A stretch of 64,000 nucleotides of DNA from the NCBI GenBank assembly GCA_964487355.1, contig CAZAPS010000003.1:8597-72596 (forward strand), in the 5' to 3' direction. Positions 63,999 through 64,000 of this stretch are shown here, piece after piece. Source of the DNA: an uncultured Oscillospiraceae bacterium (GTDB taxonomy: Bacteria > Bacillota > Clostridia > Saccharofermentanales > Fastidiosipilaceae). Made by a program: the position numbers and the translations under genes. Position 1 is the stretch's first letter; every line of letters begins with the position of its first letter. Under the pieces are notes generated by a model that did no database searches, was not told the DNA's origin, and worked only from the letters and a program-made list of their open reading frames with translations.

Positions 63999-64000
63999 TT

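Noticed and set aside
1-64000. Window-wide search by eye for CRISPR arrays, transposases, integrases, phage genes, toxin-antitoxin pairs and known defence-system hallmarks
   Set aside because: None recognised. Every ORF above ~80 aa that is not a shadow ORF has a housekeeping, metabolic or regulatory assignment, or is one of the orphan proteins listed in the findings.

Overview
This 64-kb chromosomal window reads like a Clostridia-class Firmicute. Supporting marks are a T-box leader on ileS, an IspH-S1 fusion, veg, scpAB, tig-clpP-clpX, a class II NrdJ and a strong minus-strand gene bias. GC is roughly 50-55 % by eye, not computed. I support about 50 protein genes, 2 tRNAs (Pro-UGG, Arg-CCU), one T-box leader, several sigma-A-type promoters and about 17 hairpin terminators. 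I saw no rRNA, CRISPR array, transposase, integrase or recognisable defence or toxin genes.

Most of the window is ordinary housekeeping: cmk-plsC-ispH/rpsA, scpAB, trpS, ileS, ispE, proC, fhs, rnj-murE, nrdJ, relA, recJ, rpsU, alaS and serC-serA.

Four regions deserve a second look:
1. 54.0-63.7 kb holds a seven-gene acid-sugar locus. A four-carbon acid-sugar kinase (DUF1537) plus PdxA2 module sits with a NAL/DapA-type lyase, an Fe-alcohol dehydrogenase, a signal-peptide-less BNR (sialidase-fold) protein, a CitMHS/SLC13-type anion permease and a small VOC protein. A divergent PrpR_N regulator controls the region; its AAA+ domain lacks GAFTGA and Walker B. This gene combination does not match the tetronate pathways I know. 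I propose it degrades a 7-carbon 2-keto-3-deoxy (ulosonic/heptulosaric) acid. This is my best candidate for an undescribed system.
2. 50.1-52.5 kb encodes a 771-aa protein with a degenerate PP2C-like domain, an acidic linker, a TM helix, Thr-rich tandem repeats and a LysM domain.
3. 5.0-6.9 kb is an AT-rich islet encoding a small membrane-anchored TPR plus YD-repeat protein with no toxin module.
4. RNase J carries an N-terminal basic disordered extension of about 160 aa.

All functional calls come from motif and family recognition by eye. No searches were run.
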